This document shows positions 8,775 through 18,394 of a DNA stretch of 64,000 bases, in pieces; the first letter of the stretch is position 1; each line of letters opens with the position of its first letter. The notes below the pieces were generated by a model that saw only the letters and a list, made by a program, of their open reading frames with translations, was not told where the DNA came from and made no database searches. The stretch is from an uncultured Candidatus Saccharibacteria bacterium. Its GTDB lineage: Bacteria > Patescibacteriota > Minisyncoccia > Phycocordibacterales > UBA918. Position numbers and translations under genes: made by a program. Location of the stretch: contig CAYGJY010000001.1 of NCBI GenBank assembly GCA_964350645.1, forward strand, positions 326,648-390,647. The letters run 5' to 3'.

Positions 8775-9635
8775 TTAGTCAGAGTTACATAGTTGACGAG
8801 CCTCAGAAAGTACTGCCTCAGTTTTTTTGGTACCAATATGCGCGTGACGCAATAAGTGTGGTTTATTGATAATATCACTACAAATAATGGCCCCACGTTT
8901 TATTAAAGCTTGTTTTTGAGCGCTTGAAAGTGTCTGTAAGACGGTAATCGGATAAAGACCAGCTCGTTGGATACGATCGTGCAGATTATCATGATGTGGA
9001 TAATCCCAACTGAGTAACTTTAACCCCACACACTCAGCATAACGCTCAGCTGTTGAAGTGAATTTTGTGTTAGTGGCAATCCAGAGTTCGCGTATGCCAC
9101 AAATATCTTTGTTACAAATCTTTATACCAGTGAGATCTAGCATGCGAGCATATGAATAGAGAGCTACTTGAAGATCAGATTTAACTCCAGGACGGGAATG
9201 AAATTTAGCTTCCATCACAAAACTATGGTCTTCTTTGTAGGCGACAACGTCGATTTCATGTTCGACACACTTTCCAGTTAGTGTCTGGCGAGTTCTGGTA
9301 GTGTATCCTTCGCGCTCTATTAAGCGAGCCATAAAATCTTCAAATGGAAAACCAGTTGGCCCTAAATTGAATAAAGCTCTCCGAAGTGAATAACGAGCTG
9401 CAACCGGTACTTCATTTTCGCGCAGGAGTGCAAATGCTTGGCTATATATCTCTTGGGTTTTAATTCCATCGTATAGCTGAGCCTCGATATGACGTACGAT
9501 TTCGCTCACTTCGTCTTTCGTTGCCCCAGATCGTCGTAATGATTTTTTTAATTTTTCAACTCGAAAGGTCTCGATGTTACCGTCGGCTTTAAGTACTTGT
9601 ACAGACATTAGGAAATAATACCACCTCCCAAACAA
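8775..9635 (-). CDS. ATP-cone domain fused to Mrr-like PD-(D/E)XK restriction-endonuclease-like domain
   Basis: The N-terminus (VQVLKADGNIETFRVEKLKKSLRRSGATKDEVSEIV) resembles the ATP-cone of NrdR/RNR. The middle region (EIDVVAYKEDHSFVMEAKFHS) has a D...E-A-K pattern like the Mrr catalytic core. It overlaps the mnmA start by about 28 nt. Confidence 0.55.
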   Translation of the reverse strand: MFGRWYYFLMSVQVLKADGNIETFRVEKLKKSLRRSGATKDEVSEIVRHIEAQLYDGIKTQEIYSQAFALLRENEVPVAARYSLRRALFNLGPTGFPFEDFMARLIEREGYTTRTRQTLTGKCVEHEIDVVAYKEDHSFVMEAKFHSRPGVKSDLQVALYSYARMLDLTGIKICNKDICGIRELWIATNTKFTSTAERYAECVGLKLLSWDYPHHDNLHDRIQRAGLYPITVLQTLSSAQKQALIKRGAIICSDIINKPHLLRHAHIGTKKTEAVLSEARQLCNSD

Positions 9636-10669
9636 ACGTCATCTGCATAGAGTACACAAGATTGCCCCGCTGACGGAATGTCGTGAGCTTCGTTTATCTG
9701 TACTATAAGCGCTTTATGTGTCATGGAAGAAATTTTAGCCTTAAGTGGCCGCTGACGATAACGTGTCTGGAGCAACACTGTTGTTCCTACAGTCAACGTA
9801 TCTGTGAAGAGATTGAGGCTCGTAAGTGCCAGCTCTCCACTCTCTGGCTTCGTTGGCTTAGTGTGACTAACCGTTATGGTATTGGTTATTAGATTGCGCT
9901 CAATTACATAATATGGTGCTTGTGTATCACTATGAACGTTGATGGTAAAACCGTGGCGCTGACCGATAGTATAAACTTGAACACCTTTATGCTCCCCTAT
10001 TACATCACCAGTTTCATTTAGTACCTCACCAACTTGTAAGTCAATAAAGTGACTTAAAAACTCAGGAATATCAATGTGTCCAAGAAAACAGACCCCCTGA
10101 CTATCTTTCTTGGTAGCCACTGGAATCCCCGCTGCTAATGCTTCTCTTCTGATTTGTTCCTTGGGTGAATTACCAACTGGGAGTAAGACGTGTCTGAGGT
10201 GCTCTGCTGGAATCATCCACAAAAAATAACTCTGGTCCTTTTCAGTATCAACACCACGAAGTAGCTTTGGTGATTCGACGTTACTCACTTGGGCATAATG
10301 ACCAGTGGCAATATAGTCGGCTCCGTGCTTCATAGCAAAGTCATAAAACACACCAAATTTTACTGCTTTGTTGCAAAGTACATCAGGATTTGGTGTACGC
10401 CCAGCAGCATACTCAGCTATAAAATAATCAGCCACCCTTTGTTTATAGGCTTCTTGTGCATCACACATTAAAAATGGCATCTGCAGATGAGCGGCAACGC
10501 GCATAGCATCGAGACGCTCTGCCTCCCAGTTGCAGTCAATAAAATCAGGTTGCCAAACACGGATAAACACGCCGACCACATCATAGCCAGCCTGTTGAAG
10601 ACGAAGTGCTGCTACGGCAGAGTCAACACCACCTGAAATTCCCACAAATACTCTTCCCCGCGCTGTCAT
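9608..10669 (-). CDS. mnmA: tRNA-specific 2-thiouridylase MnmA
   Basis: The PP-loop VFVGISGGVDSAVAA, catalytic cysteines, and a 353-aa length and domain order typical of MnmA. Confidence 0.9.
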   Translation of the reverse strand: MTARGRVFVGISGGVDSAVAALRLQQAGYDVVGVFIRVWQPDFIDCNWEAERLDAMRVAAHLQMPFLMCDAQEAYKQRVADYFIAEYAAGRTPNPDVLCNKAVKFGVFYDFAMKHGADYIATGHYAQVSNVESPKLLRGVDTEKDQSYFLWMIPAEHLRHVLLPVGNSPKEQIRREALAAGIPVATKKDSQGVCFLGHIDIPEFLSHFIDLQVGEVLNETGDVIGEHKGVQVYTIGQRHGFTINVHSDTQAPYYVIERNLITNTITVSHTKPTKPESGELALTSLNLFTDTLTVGTTVLLQTRYRQRPLKAKISSMTHKALIVQINEAHDIPSAGQSCVLYADDVCLGGGIIS

Positions 10670-10691
10670 GATGTCGCTAGGCTAGCACAGC

Positions 10692-11690
10692 CTAGCGGAG
10701 ATAGCGAGCGATATTTGCCGTGTGTTCGGTGTAGGTTTCTGCGAAGTGAAAAACTCCATCCGGATCTGTAATGTAGTAGAAATATTCAGATGGTGTTGGC
10801 TCCAAGACAGCCTTAATAGCATCAAGTCCAGGGTTACCAATTGGCGTTGGCGTTAGTCCACGATAGAGGTACGTATTATAAAGAGAATCAATCTTGAGGT
10901 CTTCAGGAGTTAATTTAGACAAAGGTTTGTCGAGTATATATTCAATAGAAGCATCAGCTTGGAGTGGCATATCGATCGCTAAACGGTTTTGTAGGACACT
11001 GGAGACAAGTTTCATTGAATCAGCCGAGTTCGCTTCTCGTTCGAGAAGAGAAGCTAAAACAATAATTTCATATTCATTCAATGGATGAAATTCAATTTGA
11101 GAGCGCAGTGGTGAAATTTGTTCTTCGTAGGTGGATCGGAGTAAGTCATAAAACTCAGCATCAGTAAATTCTTCTGGCAAGAAATAGGTCTCAGGGAATA
11201 AAAAACCTTCGTCAGTTTCTGCATAAGAGATAAAGGATGTGGGTTTAAAATTATCGAGTTTTTCAGCGGCAATAGCAGCAATTTGCTTGACGGTACTGCC
11301 TTCTGGAATAGTGACCCGCACGAGCTCATCTTTCGGGCCAATTTTTGTAATTACTGAAGCAACTTCGGTAACTGGGACTGGATTGGCAAAAGAATATGTC
11401 CCTGCCCGAATGTCTGTGGCGTCATGGAGAAAAACTAAAGTTAGGTAAAGTAAATTACTAGAAGCGACATAATCATTTGCTTCAAATTGTTCAACTATAT
11501 CGCGCACTGTGCTGCCAGGTTCAATAGTAATTTGTGAATTAGCTGGGAAGTTAGTTGGAGCAGCATAATTGCGTGCGAGATACAGACCACCCACAATGCT
11601 GATAACCAAGGATATTAAAGCGCAGGTGATAACTATCAACTTAAGTGTTTTTATCAGAGAATGTGATTCTGGTTGGTCTTGGGGAATCAT
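10692..11690 (-). CDS. mltG: Endolytic murein transglycosylase MltG (YceG-like)
   Basis: An N-terminal transmembrane helix plus the YceG signatures LQADASIEYIL and YNTYLYRGLTPTPIGNPG. Confidence 0.8.
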   Translation of the reverse strand: MIPQDQPESHSLIKTLKLIVITCALISLVISIVGGLYLARNYAAPTNFPANSQITIEPGSTVRDIVEQFEANDYVASSNLLYLTLVFLHDATDIRAGTYSFANPVPVTEVASVITKIGPKDELVRVTIPEGSTVKQIAAIAAEKLDNFKPTSFISYAETDEGFLFPETYFLPEEFTDAEFYDLLRSTYEEQISPLRSQIEFHPLNEYEIIVLASLLEREANSADSMKLVSSVLQNRLAIDMPLQADASIEYILDKPLSKLTPEDLKIDSLYNTYLYRGLTPTPIGNPGLDAIKAVLEPTPSEYFYYITDPDGVFHFAETYTEHTANIARYLR

Positions 11691-13078
11691 GGTTGTGTTG
11701 GTGGTTCAAAAATTGGAAGATTTGATGGTGCTTCCGCTCGGTTAGAGGCAATACGGTCAAGCGTTGGTGTCAGTGCTACTGTGCCCGGAATATGAAACAT
11801 GGTCGCCAGTTCTTCAACAGTCCAAATCTTTGGTTCGTCGCCCTGACAATGTGGAGCAAGTTTACGCAATTTGTAATGTTTGTGTTCAAGCGCCCTATAT
11901 TTTGGTAGCAAGTCTCCAAAAGGGTCTGAAAACCACATGTAGTTGAAATCTGTTCGCCATCTGACACCAATACTACCGCGTCCCACGCTGTCAAAAATAC
12001 TAAACGTTCGGTTAAGTGGATTAAGTAAGTCTGAGCGGAAGTGGCCCTTGCGCGCTGCATACAGGTAGCGAATATTGCCTCGAAAAGCGTGCTTCGTGGC
12101 ATTTCGTTCGATCGCTTCAACATCTTCTCGTTCGCCAGGAGAGATGCGTGGTGATCCTTCAAAATCAGTGTCCCCGGCATTGAGGGGACCTTTGGTTTCA
12201 TGGTCACGTTTAAGAAGTTCGTCTACCCGTTCTTCTGCCATTTTGTTCCAGCTTGGACCTTCAAACAACCGCAGATCACCTCGGACAAGACTTGGCTTAT
12301 TGGCAGCCCGGATAATAATTTGGAAATAGAGTCTTTCATTTGGTCCGATCTCTCCAAGACGATCAAGCAGAATTGTGATCGGATCTACTTTTTCTTCTTC
12401 TTTGGGATTGTCTTGTAGACCAAACTCAACGTACGTCTTAATCGGTCCCCATTTTTTATCTTTTTTGTTTAGATGAGTAGACCAAATTTCCCATTCTGGG
12501 TCGCCGACCTTAATTTCGCCCGCATAGTCCACTGGCTCCTCTACGAGCTCAATCCCTGGGTATTGGGAGTATATGCTGGGCACAAACTGTTCTTTCATTT
12601 TTTTGCGTGAAATGTTCACATAAAAGCGGACATCTCCCCCAATTGAAACCATCTCAAGCGAAGCGGGTTGCGGGGCTTTCCCTTGAATCCAGCCTTCATA
12701 GAAGTTATCCGGAGTAGCTTGATTCCAGAGCTGGTTTAAGACAAACTCCATTGCTTCAGGGGATTTTAGAACCTCTTGAGGTAATTTGATTCGGTATTGA
12801 ATTCTGCCCTGTTGTAAATAAAAACGCTTCCTAATGCCATCAAAATGTCTGAAGTGCCAAATAGAAAAGGTTATTAATGGTAGCCAAATCGGTGCCAAGG
12901 TGAAGAAAAAGGAAAATCCAGATGGTAACAATGTGTCAGAAACTGACCACACAGTGTAAAGCAGAAAAGCGCAAATGCCCGTAACAATATACGCAAAGTC
13001 AAGGTTATTTTCTGAGAGCCAGCTAATGGTGCCGCCAATGTACGGCAGGTCATTAAACGTAAAGTTAGTAAACGGCAT
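11687..13078 (-). CDS. Hypothetical membrane protein (large soluble C-terminal domain)
   Basis: A 460+ aa protein with N-terminal hydrophobic helices and no motif. The ORF-track start at 13123 runs into a 20-bp perfect hairpin, so an ATG at 13076-13078 (MPFTNFTF) is the more plausible start. It overlaps the mltG start by 4 nt. Confidence 0.5.
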   Translation of the reverse strand: MPFTNFTFNDLPYIGGTISWLSENNLDFAYIVTGICAFLLYTVWSVSDTLLPSGFSFFFTLAPIWLPLITFSIWHFRHFDGIRKRFYLQQGRIQYRIKLPQEVLKSPEAMEFVLNQLWNQATPDNFYEGWIQGKAPQPASLEMVSIGGDVRFYVNISRKKMKEQFVPSIYSQYPGIELVEEPVDYAGEIKVGDPEWEIWSTHLNKKDKKWGPIKTYVEFGLQDNPKEEEKVDPITILLDRLGEIGPNERLYFQIIIRAANKPSLVRGDLRLFEGPSWNKMAEERVDELLKRDHETKGPLNAGDTDFEGSPRISPGEREDVEAIERNATKHAFRGNIRYLYAARKGHFRSDLLNPLNRTFSIFDSVGRGSIGVRWRTDFNYMWFSDPFGDLLPKYRALEHKHYKLRKLAPHCQGDEPKIWTVEELATMFHIPGTVALTPTLDRIASNRAEAPSNLPIFEPPTQP

Positions 13079-13096
13079 AGGCAGTCTTATTGTACA

Positions 13097-13139
13097 ACAC
13101 ACCGGCCCAGTTTTGCGAAGCAAAACTGGGCCGGTGTGT
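13097..13139. terminator. Perfect 20-bp hairpin with GAA loop (putative terminator of the 13152..14177 gene)
   Basis: ACACACCGGCCCAGTTTTGC-gaa-GCAAAACTGGGCCGGTGTGT. There is no clear U-tract. Confidence 0.45.
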
Positions 13140-13151
13140 TGAAAGCATATA

Positions 13152-14177
13152 TTATTCAGTGATTACGTAGGTGCCGTTACTGAGGCGTTTGAAAAGATTT
13201 CCGTCTTGGAGATTGACTACGATAGTGTTGTCTTTGACGTAGCGTTCTTTGCGAACTTTGTCGATTATTTCTTCACGAGAGAGTGGGCCGTGTTTTTCAA
13301 GAATATCCCGAAGGACATCCTTTACCACACCAGCCGAGTAGCCCCACTCCGTAAGAGCGTAGAGACCGCGACCTACTAACACAAAGCGCTCGTCTTTAAT
13401 AAGTTCGTTGTGGGTAGTTGCAGTGTGAGCTTTACGACTAAACAGTTCTTCGATTGCCTCAGCGACTTCACGGAAGTGCATCGGTGAGCCATGTCGTTTG
13501 ACTACCAAGTAAGCGTAATCACGGATCCCTTTCACCCGCACGTTTGGGCTCGCAGCGTGTCCCCATTCGCCAAGTGGATTACTTGAAATTTCTTTAGAAA
13601 TTTGTAGCCAGCGCTTTAAAATTGCTTCGTCTTGTTTGTCTGCAATGCCAATCAGTTCATTACGAAATCGTTCCAAAACTTCTTCTTCTGAAACAAGTTC
13701 ATCTCGATTAAGTGACTGATGAACATTCTTGAGACCTTTCTCAACAATGTCAGCTATTTTCTTTTCTGTGTACCAACGATGTGCGTATGAGGTATTTTCT
13801 TTACTTCGATAGAATGGGTCACCAAGTACAAGGAGGAAATAGATATCGTTACGGGTCGCTGGGTCGCTGGCGATCTCTTGCAATAAGATATGTTCAGGGA
13901 TAACACCACCACCAAGAGTTTCAATCACTGTGTGCAGCTGCTGAAAAGCATCTGAAAATTCTTTATATACGTCAGATTTCTGAATTGATTGAATACCATA
14001 GTTTTCAATCTGGCGGACTCGTTCACGAGTAATACCATAGGTTTGACCAATAGCCTCTAGAGTATAGGTGTCAGTGTCTTTACCTAGACCATAACGTTTC
14101 TCGAGTACATCTCGAGCGCGATCAGGCAAAACAGCCAACATTTTAGTGCTTACTTGTTTTGGTTTAAACGTAATCAT
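13152..14177 (-). CDS. DNA-binding protein with N-terminal sigma-70 region-4-like HTH and C-terminal HARE-HTH-like winged helices
   Basis: LEAIGQTYGITRERVRQIE is a region 4.2-type HTH. Two C-terminal segments end in ...GRGLYALTEW and ...NGTYVITE, as in HARE-HTH/RpoE-delta-like domains. 341 aa. Confidence 0.45.
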   Translation of the reverse strand: MITFKPKQVSTKMLAVLPDRARDVLEKRYGLGKDTDTYTLEAIGQTYGITRERVRQIENYGIQSIQKSDVYKEFSDAFQQLHTVIETLGGGVIPEHILLQEIASDPATRNDIYFLLVLGDPFYRSKENTSYAHRWYTEKKIADIVEKGLKNVHQSLNRDELVSEEEVLERFRNELIGIADKQDEAILKRWLQISKEISSNPLGEWGHAASPNVRVKGIRDYAYLVVKRHGSPMHFREVAEAIEELFSRKAHTATTHNELIKDERFVLVGRGLYALTEWGYSAGVVKDVLRDILEKHGPLSREEIIDKVRKERYVKDNTIVVNLQDGNLFKRLSNGTYVITE

Positions 14178-14288
14178 ACTGTTGTAATTTCTAATTCCTT
14201 TGCCTCAGATCGTCAGTGATTTGAGGTAATACATCTATGCGTAGCTGTATTTGTAACATTACTGTTGACAATCGTCAAGTATCTTGTG

Positions 14289-16793
14289 TTATTTAGTTAC
14301 AATGATGTTCAAGATCTTCCCTGGTTTGTAAATAACTTTAGTAACTTCTCCATCTTTCAGCCACTTAGCTAAGTTTTGGTTGGCTTTAGTGGCTTCAAGG
14401 ACGCTCGCTTCGCTCGCATCCAGCGCCACTGTAATATCACCCCGCACCTTGCCATTAATCTGTACCCCAATAGTGACGACATCGTCTTTAGCCAGGGCCA
14501 TATCTGCTTCAGGAAATGCCTCCAAGTGAATTGAGGTTTCCCCTCCAAGCTCAGACCACAGCTCTTCAGCTAGGTGTGGTGCTAGTGGTGCTAAGAGTAA
14601 AAGCAAAGTCCGGTATGATGCAGCCGAGATGCCTTCCTTTTCCACTGAGTTAATCAGTACCATCATGGCACTAATGGCTGTATTGAACTTATATTGTGGA
14701 ATGTCTTGCCGCAATTTTTGAATAGTCTTATGAAGCTGCTTAGTCACTTCAGCTGGCTCAGAGTCAACAATATGCTCTGACAGTCCATTTACCCGCTCCA
14801 AGAAGCGTCTGATGCCAGCGATACCACCCATGTCCCATGGGTAGTTTGCGCCTTCGTATGGACCCATAAAGCCAAGATAGAGTTTAACCGAGTCAGCTCC
14901 AACTAACTTCACCTGTTCATCCGGGTCAATCACGTTCCCTTTACTTTTGCTCATTTTATTACCGTCAGGACCCAGGATCAGACCGCGGTTGATGCGTCGC
15001 TTATATGGCTCAGCGTGGACCGCTAGCCCCATATCAAAAAGAGCTTTTTGCCAAAAGCGTGAGTAAAGCAAGTGCATCGTGGTGTGCTCGGCTCCACCAA
15101 AGTACATATCAACCTGCATCCAGTCTTTTTGCGCTTCGAGACTCGCCAGTGAATCTTCATTTTCATTATCGATATAGCGCATGAAGTACCATGAAGAATC
15201 GACAAAGGTATCGAGGGTTTCAACTTCTGGCGTCCAGCCAGCTCCAAAAATATCTTCCGTGCGTTTCTTGAGTTCGGCACTTTTAGCGAGCGGCGGTTCA
15301 CCGGTTGGCTTGAAATCAACATCTTCTGGTAGTGTCCATGGTAAGTGCTCCTTGGGGATTGGATGCGCCTTCCCGGCCGGATCGTACACAATCGGAATTG
15401 GCACTCCCCAATAGCGCTGACGACCAACAGACCAGTCACGCAGACGATAGGTATTAGTCATCCGACCACCGACTTTTTCTGTGATGGCAATCTTGGCTTC
15501 TTCAGAACTCACTCCATCAAATTCACCAGAGTTGATCAAAATGCCGGGTCCAGTCCAGCAATAACTCCCCTCTTTAATAGCATCAATCGTCGCTTTTCTA
15601 TTCCTATTAATTGCCTCGCTTAAGGTCGAATTTTCTGGATGTGCATTTATAATTGGTCCGGCGAAGTGTCTGCGTAAGTCTGGTAGTGAGAAATCAGGCT
15701 TAATAACATCTATTAGTTCAATATTGTAGATTTCAGCAAATTCTTTATCTCTATCATCATGCCCTGGTACAGCCATAATTGCCCCAGTCCCATAACTCGC
15801 TAGTACATAGTCGGCGATGTACACTGGGATTTCTTCGCCTGAAGCTGGGTTAGTGGCAGTAATACCTTCCAACTTTACGCCAGTTTTTTCCTTGGTGTCG
15901 TTAAGTCGGTCTTGTTCGTCTTTCTGCTTTGTTATTTCAATATAGGTGGCTACTTCGTTCCAGTTTGTGATTGTCGCTTGGTTTTTGGTTACGAGTGGGT
16001 GCTCTGGAGCTAGAACTAAAAACGTCGCCCCATAGAGCGTATCTGCCCTGGTGGTAAATACAGTCACTTGATCATCGGTAGACAGTTTAAAATCAATTTC
16101 TGAGCCTGCAGAGCGGCCAATCCACTGTCGTTGTGCTTCTTTAATATGTTCAGGCCAGTCGAGTGTCTCAAGGTCGTCAACTAAGCGGTCAGCGTAGTCA
16201 GTAATCTTCAACATCCACTGGGGCATTTCTTTCTTTTCGATCTTGTCGCCTGACCGCTCACAGGTGTCGTCTGGAAGAACTTGTTCATTGGCAATCACTG
16301 TATTACAACCAGGGCACCAGTTCACTTTTCCTTTACCTCGGTACGCGATACCTTTTTCAAAGAATTGAGTAAACATCCACTGTGTCCATTTGTAGTAGTC
16401 CGGATCAGTCGTTGAAGCAGACATATTCCAAGTGAAAGAATTACCCATGTTACCTAGTTGGGTTTTCATGTAGTCAATATTTCCTTCAGTCCATTCCTTT
16501 GGATTGATATTGTTTTTGATCGCAGCGTTTTCTGCCGGTAGTCCAAAAGCGTCAAAACCCATTGGGTAGATAACTTGTTTCCCCATCATGCGCTGAAAAC
16601 GCACATAGATATCGGGTACACCAAAGGCGTACCAGTGGCCAATATGCAGGTTACCCGAGGGATACGGGAGTTCGACAAGGATGTATTCCTTTTCCTTGCT
16701 TTCATCGCGTTTAGTCACATCGTAGAGACCATCAGCTGCCCATTTCTCTTGCCACTTCTTTTCAATTGCCTGATTATCAAACTTTTTGTGCAT
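14289..16793 (-). CDS. leuS: Leucine--tRNA ligase
   Basis: The HIGH-type motif (PYPSGNLHIGHW), the KMSKS motif (NKMSKSKGNVIDP) and an editing-domain insertion. 834 aa. Confidence 0.95.
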   Translation of the reverse strand: MHKKFDNQAIEKKWQEKWAADGLYDVTKRDESKEKEYILVELPYPSGNLHIGHWYAFGVPDIYVRFQRMMGKQVIYPMGFDAFGLPAENAAIKNNINPKEWTEGNIDYMKTQLGNMGNSFTWNMSASTTDPDYYKWTQWMFTQFFEKGIAYRGKGKVNWCPGCNTVIANEQVLPDDTCERSGDKIEKKEMPQWMLKITDYADRLVDDLETLDWPEHIKEAQRQWIGRSAGSEIDFKLSTDDQVTVFTTRADTLYGATFLVLAPEHPLVTKNQATITNWNEVATYIEITKQKDEQDRLNDTKEKTGVKLEGITATNPASGEEIPVYIADYVLASYGTGAIMAVPGHDDRDKEFAEIYNIELIDVIKPDFSLPDLRRHFAGPIINAHPENSTLSEAINRNRKATIDAIKEGSYCWTGPGILINSGEFDGVSSEEAKIAITEKVGGRMTNTYRLRDWSVGRQRYWGVPIPIVYDPAGKAHPIPKEHLPWTLPEDVDFKPTGEPPLAKSAELKKRTEDIFGAGWTPEVETLDTFVDSSWYFMRYIDNENEDSLASLEAQKDWMQVDMYFGGAEHTTMHLLYSRFWQKALFDMGLAVHAEPYKRRINRGLILGPDGNKMSKSKGNVIDPDEQVKLVGADSVKLYLGFMGPYEGANYPWDMGGIAGIRRFLERVNGLSEHIVDSEPAEVTKQLHKTIQKLRQDIPQYKFNTAISAMMVLINSVEKEGISAASYRTLLLLLAPLAPHLAEELWSELGGETSIHLEAFPEADMALAKDDVVTIGVQINGKVRGDITVALDASEASVLEATKANQNLAKWLKDGEVTKVIYKPGKILNIIVTK

Positions 16794-16798
16794 AAAAA

Positions 16799-16828
16799 CC
16801 TCTACGTGTTTAGTAAATAACGTAGAGG
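16799..16828 (-). terminator. Hairpin plus U5 immediately upstream of the leuS start codon (terminator of upstream gene or attenuator-like)
   Basis: On the minus strand, CCTCTACG-(14 nt)-CGTAGAGG is followed by TTTTT and then the leuS ATG. Confidence 0.4.
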
Positions 16829-16921
16829 TATTATGCCTCGAAAGAATAATTTGTACAGTTTTGTCAGGCTATGGTAAGCGACTAATCCGTTATTAACTGA
16901 TTTAGTGACTCCATATTTAAT

Positions 16922-17821
16922 TTATGGTCGATACTGGTCATCAATCACGCGTTCAAAACAGTAGGTTCCAGCTAGGTACGTCCAATCGTAATTTTTTTCG
17001 CCTACTGGGTAGGCTCGGGAGTATTCATCTCGTACAGAATCTTTACTAAACTCTGCGCAGAGTTGGTACTCAGTGTCGCTTTCTACTTCATACGTGTAAG
17101 CTGCCCGTCCTTCAGGGGCTTCTGGGACAGGGAGATTGCCATACACTGCTTCAATATTTTCAGGGAGTGACTCGTTAGTACGGTAGTAGTCTTCGATCCG
17201 CCATTGCATGTCTTGCAAGTCGCCTACTTGGTTGTTATCGATCTTCATCTCGCGTACGTCAGCAGGAGTTTCTGAGTTCATGAAGCCAACAATAACAGCG
17301 AGTAGCACAACAGCACTGGCACCAATGCCAAACATAATAGATTGCTTTTCGTGTGTCTGCCAGTACCCTTGAGCGTCTTTTAAGTAGTAGTAGAAAGCAG
17401 CTCCAATACCGATCGCTAAGACAGCCGCTTTAAGTGCAAATCGTACTGTCAGTTCTCCATTTAAGAAACCATAAATTACAACAACAAAATCACCGAGTAA
17501 CACCGCCCCACCAACTAAAAGTGACAAGTAGATAAGCCACTTGGTAAGTGATAGATACATCCCCTCTTCTCGGCGACGGATTTGATTCATAGTGCGGGTT
17601 AGCCATAGATAGACAGGGAAAAACACCACCAGCATCGCAATTGAAAATTTAATACTTGAAGAAGCTTGTTCGATCTGCCAGTAGTTATCAGCTGCGTCAG
17701 GAAGGGTGACATTAATAATGCTAAATAACAAAACCACCAGTGATGTAAGAGACGCGTAGAGGGTTATAAGAGCTCCAAGCTGGAGGGCAAAGTTTTTTGG
17801 TGTGTTCATACTATTTTTCAT
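16922..17821 (-). CDS. DUF5671-like integral membrane protein
   Basis: A 299-aa protein with several transmembrane helices and a C-terminal soluble domain. The family call is from memory of the CPR DUF5671 architecture and is low-certainty. Confidence 0.45.
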   Translation of the reverse strand: MKNSMNTPKNFALQLGALITLYASLTSLVVLLFSIINVTLPDAADNYWQIEQASSSIKFSIAMLVVFFPVYLWLTRTMNQIRRREEGMYLSLTKWLIYLSLLVGGAVLLGDFVVVIYGFLNGELTVRFALKAAVLAIGIGAAFYYYLKDAQGYWQTHEKQSIMFGIGASAVVLLAVIVGFMNSETPADVREMKIDNNQVGDLQDMQWRIEDYYRTNESLPENIEAVYGNLPVPEAPEGRAAYTYEVESDTEYQLCAEFSKDSVRDEYSRAYPVGEKNYDWTYLAGTYCFERVIDDQYRP

Positions 17822-18101
17822 TTAAATTTGATAATTCTACTCTGATCAATCTTTCTAATTCACTATATCTGTTAGTTTTAAACAAAAACTCCTGGAATTT
17901 AGTTTTGTTTTGTATACGAACCAAAAATTTTGTGTTTGGTTCAACATTTGTGGGCGGACTAGCACTAAGGACAGTAGCCTCACCAACTAAATTGAGTTTT
18001 TTGTCAAGAATTGGATAAGCAATATTAATGTTGATTCCCTTGGTAAAGAGTGGACCTTGCTCAACTTCAACAGCGCCTGATGGTTGACCTTCGATGCTCA
18101 T
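17811..18101 (-). CDS. Hypothetical protein
   Basis: A 96-aa ORF that overlaps the upstream gene by 11 nt. No motif. Confidence 0.3.
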   Translation of the reverse strand: MSIEGQPSGAVEVEQGPLFTKGININIAYPILDKKLNLVGEATVLSASPPTNVEPNTKFLVRIQNKTKFQEFLFKTNRYSELERLIRVELSNLNEK

Positions 18102-18124
18102 AACTTGTAGTATACTACGTATCT

Positions 18125-18394
18125 ATGAAACCAGAAGATCTTAAAAAAGCGCCAAAATTATTTGCCGAAAATATTAAAATTGGCTTTACCCCTGAATACT
18201 TTGTTATGGGTGTAAGCTCCGGTGCCCAGGCGCAGATTTATTCACTTACACCTGGTCACGCTAAGCGATTGCAGCAGTATCTCAGCCATGAACTAGCATC
18301 GTTTGAAAAAGAGCATGGAGAAATCACTGCTGAATGGAATCCGAACGTAGTGAGTCCAGTGCAAAAGGCCAATCCACCAACTGAAGGCAGTTAG
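18125..18394 (+). CDS. Small conserved hypothetical protein (DUF3467-like)
   Basis: An 89-aa plus-strand ORF, convergent with the dsbB-like gene. The family call rests on weak pattern recollection (TPEYFVMGVSSG...TPGHAKRL). Confidence 0.4.
   Translation: MKPEDLKKAPKLFAENIKIGFTPEYFVMGVSSGAQAQIYSLTPGHAKRLQQYLSHELASFEKEHGEITAEWNPNVVSPVQKANPPTEGS

Noticed and set aside
14178-16921. T-box leader upstream of leuS
   Set aside because: The only structure is a 30-nt hairpin plus U5 abutting the start codon. There is no specifier-loop or T-box consensus, and the region is too short.
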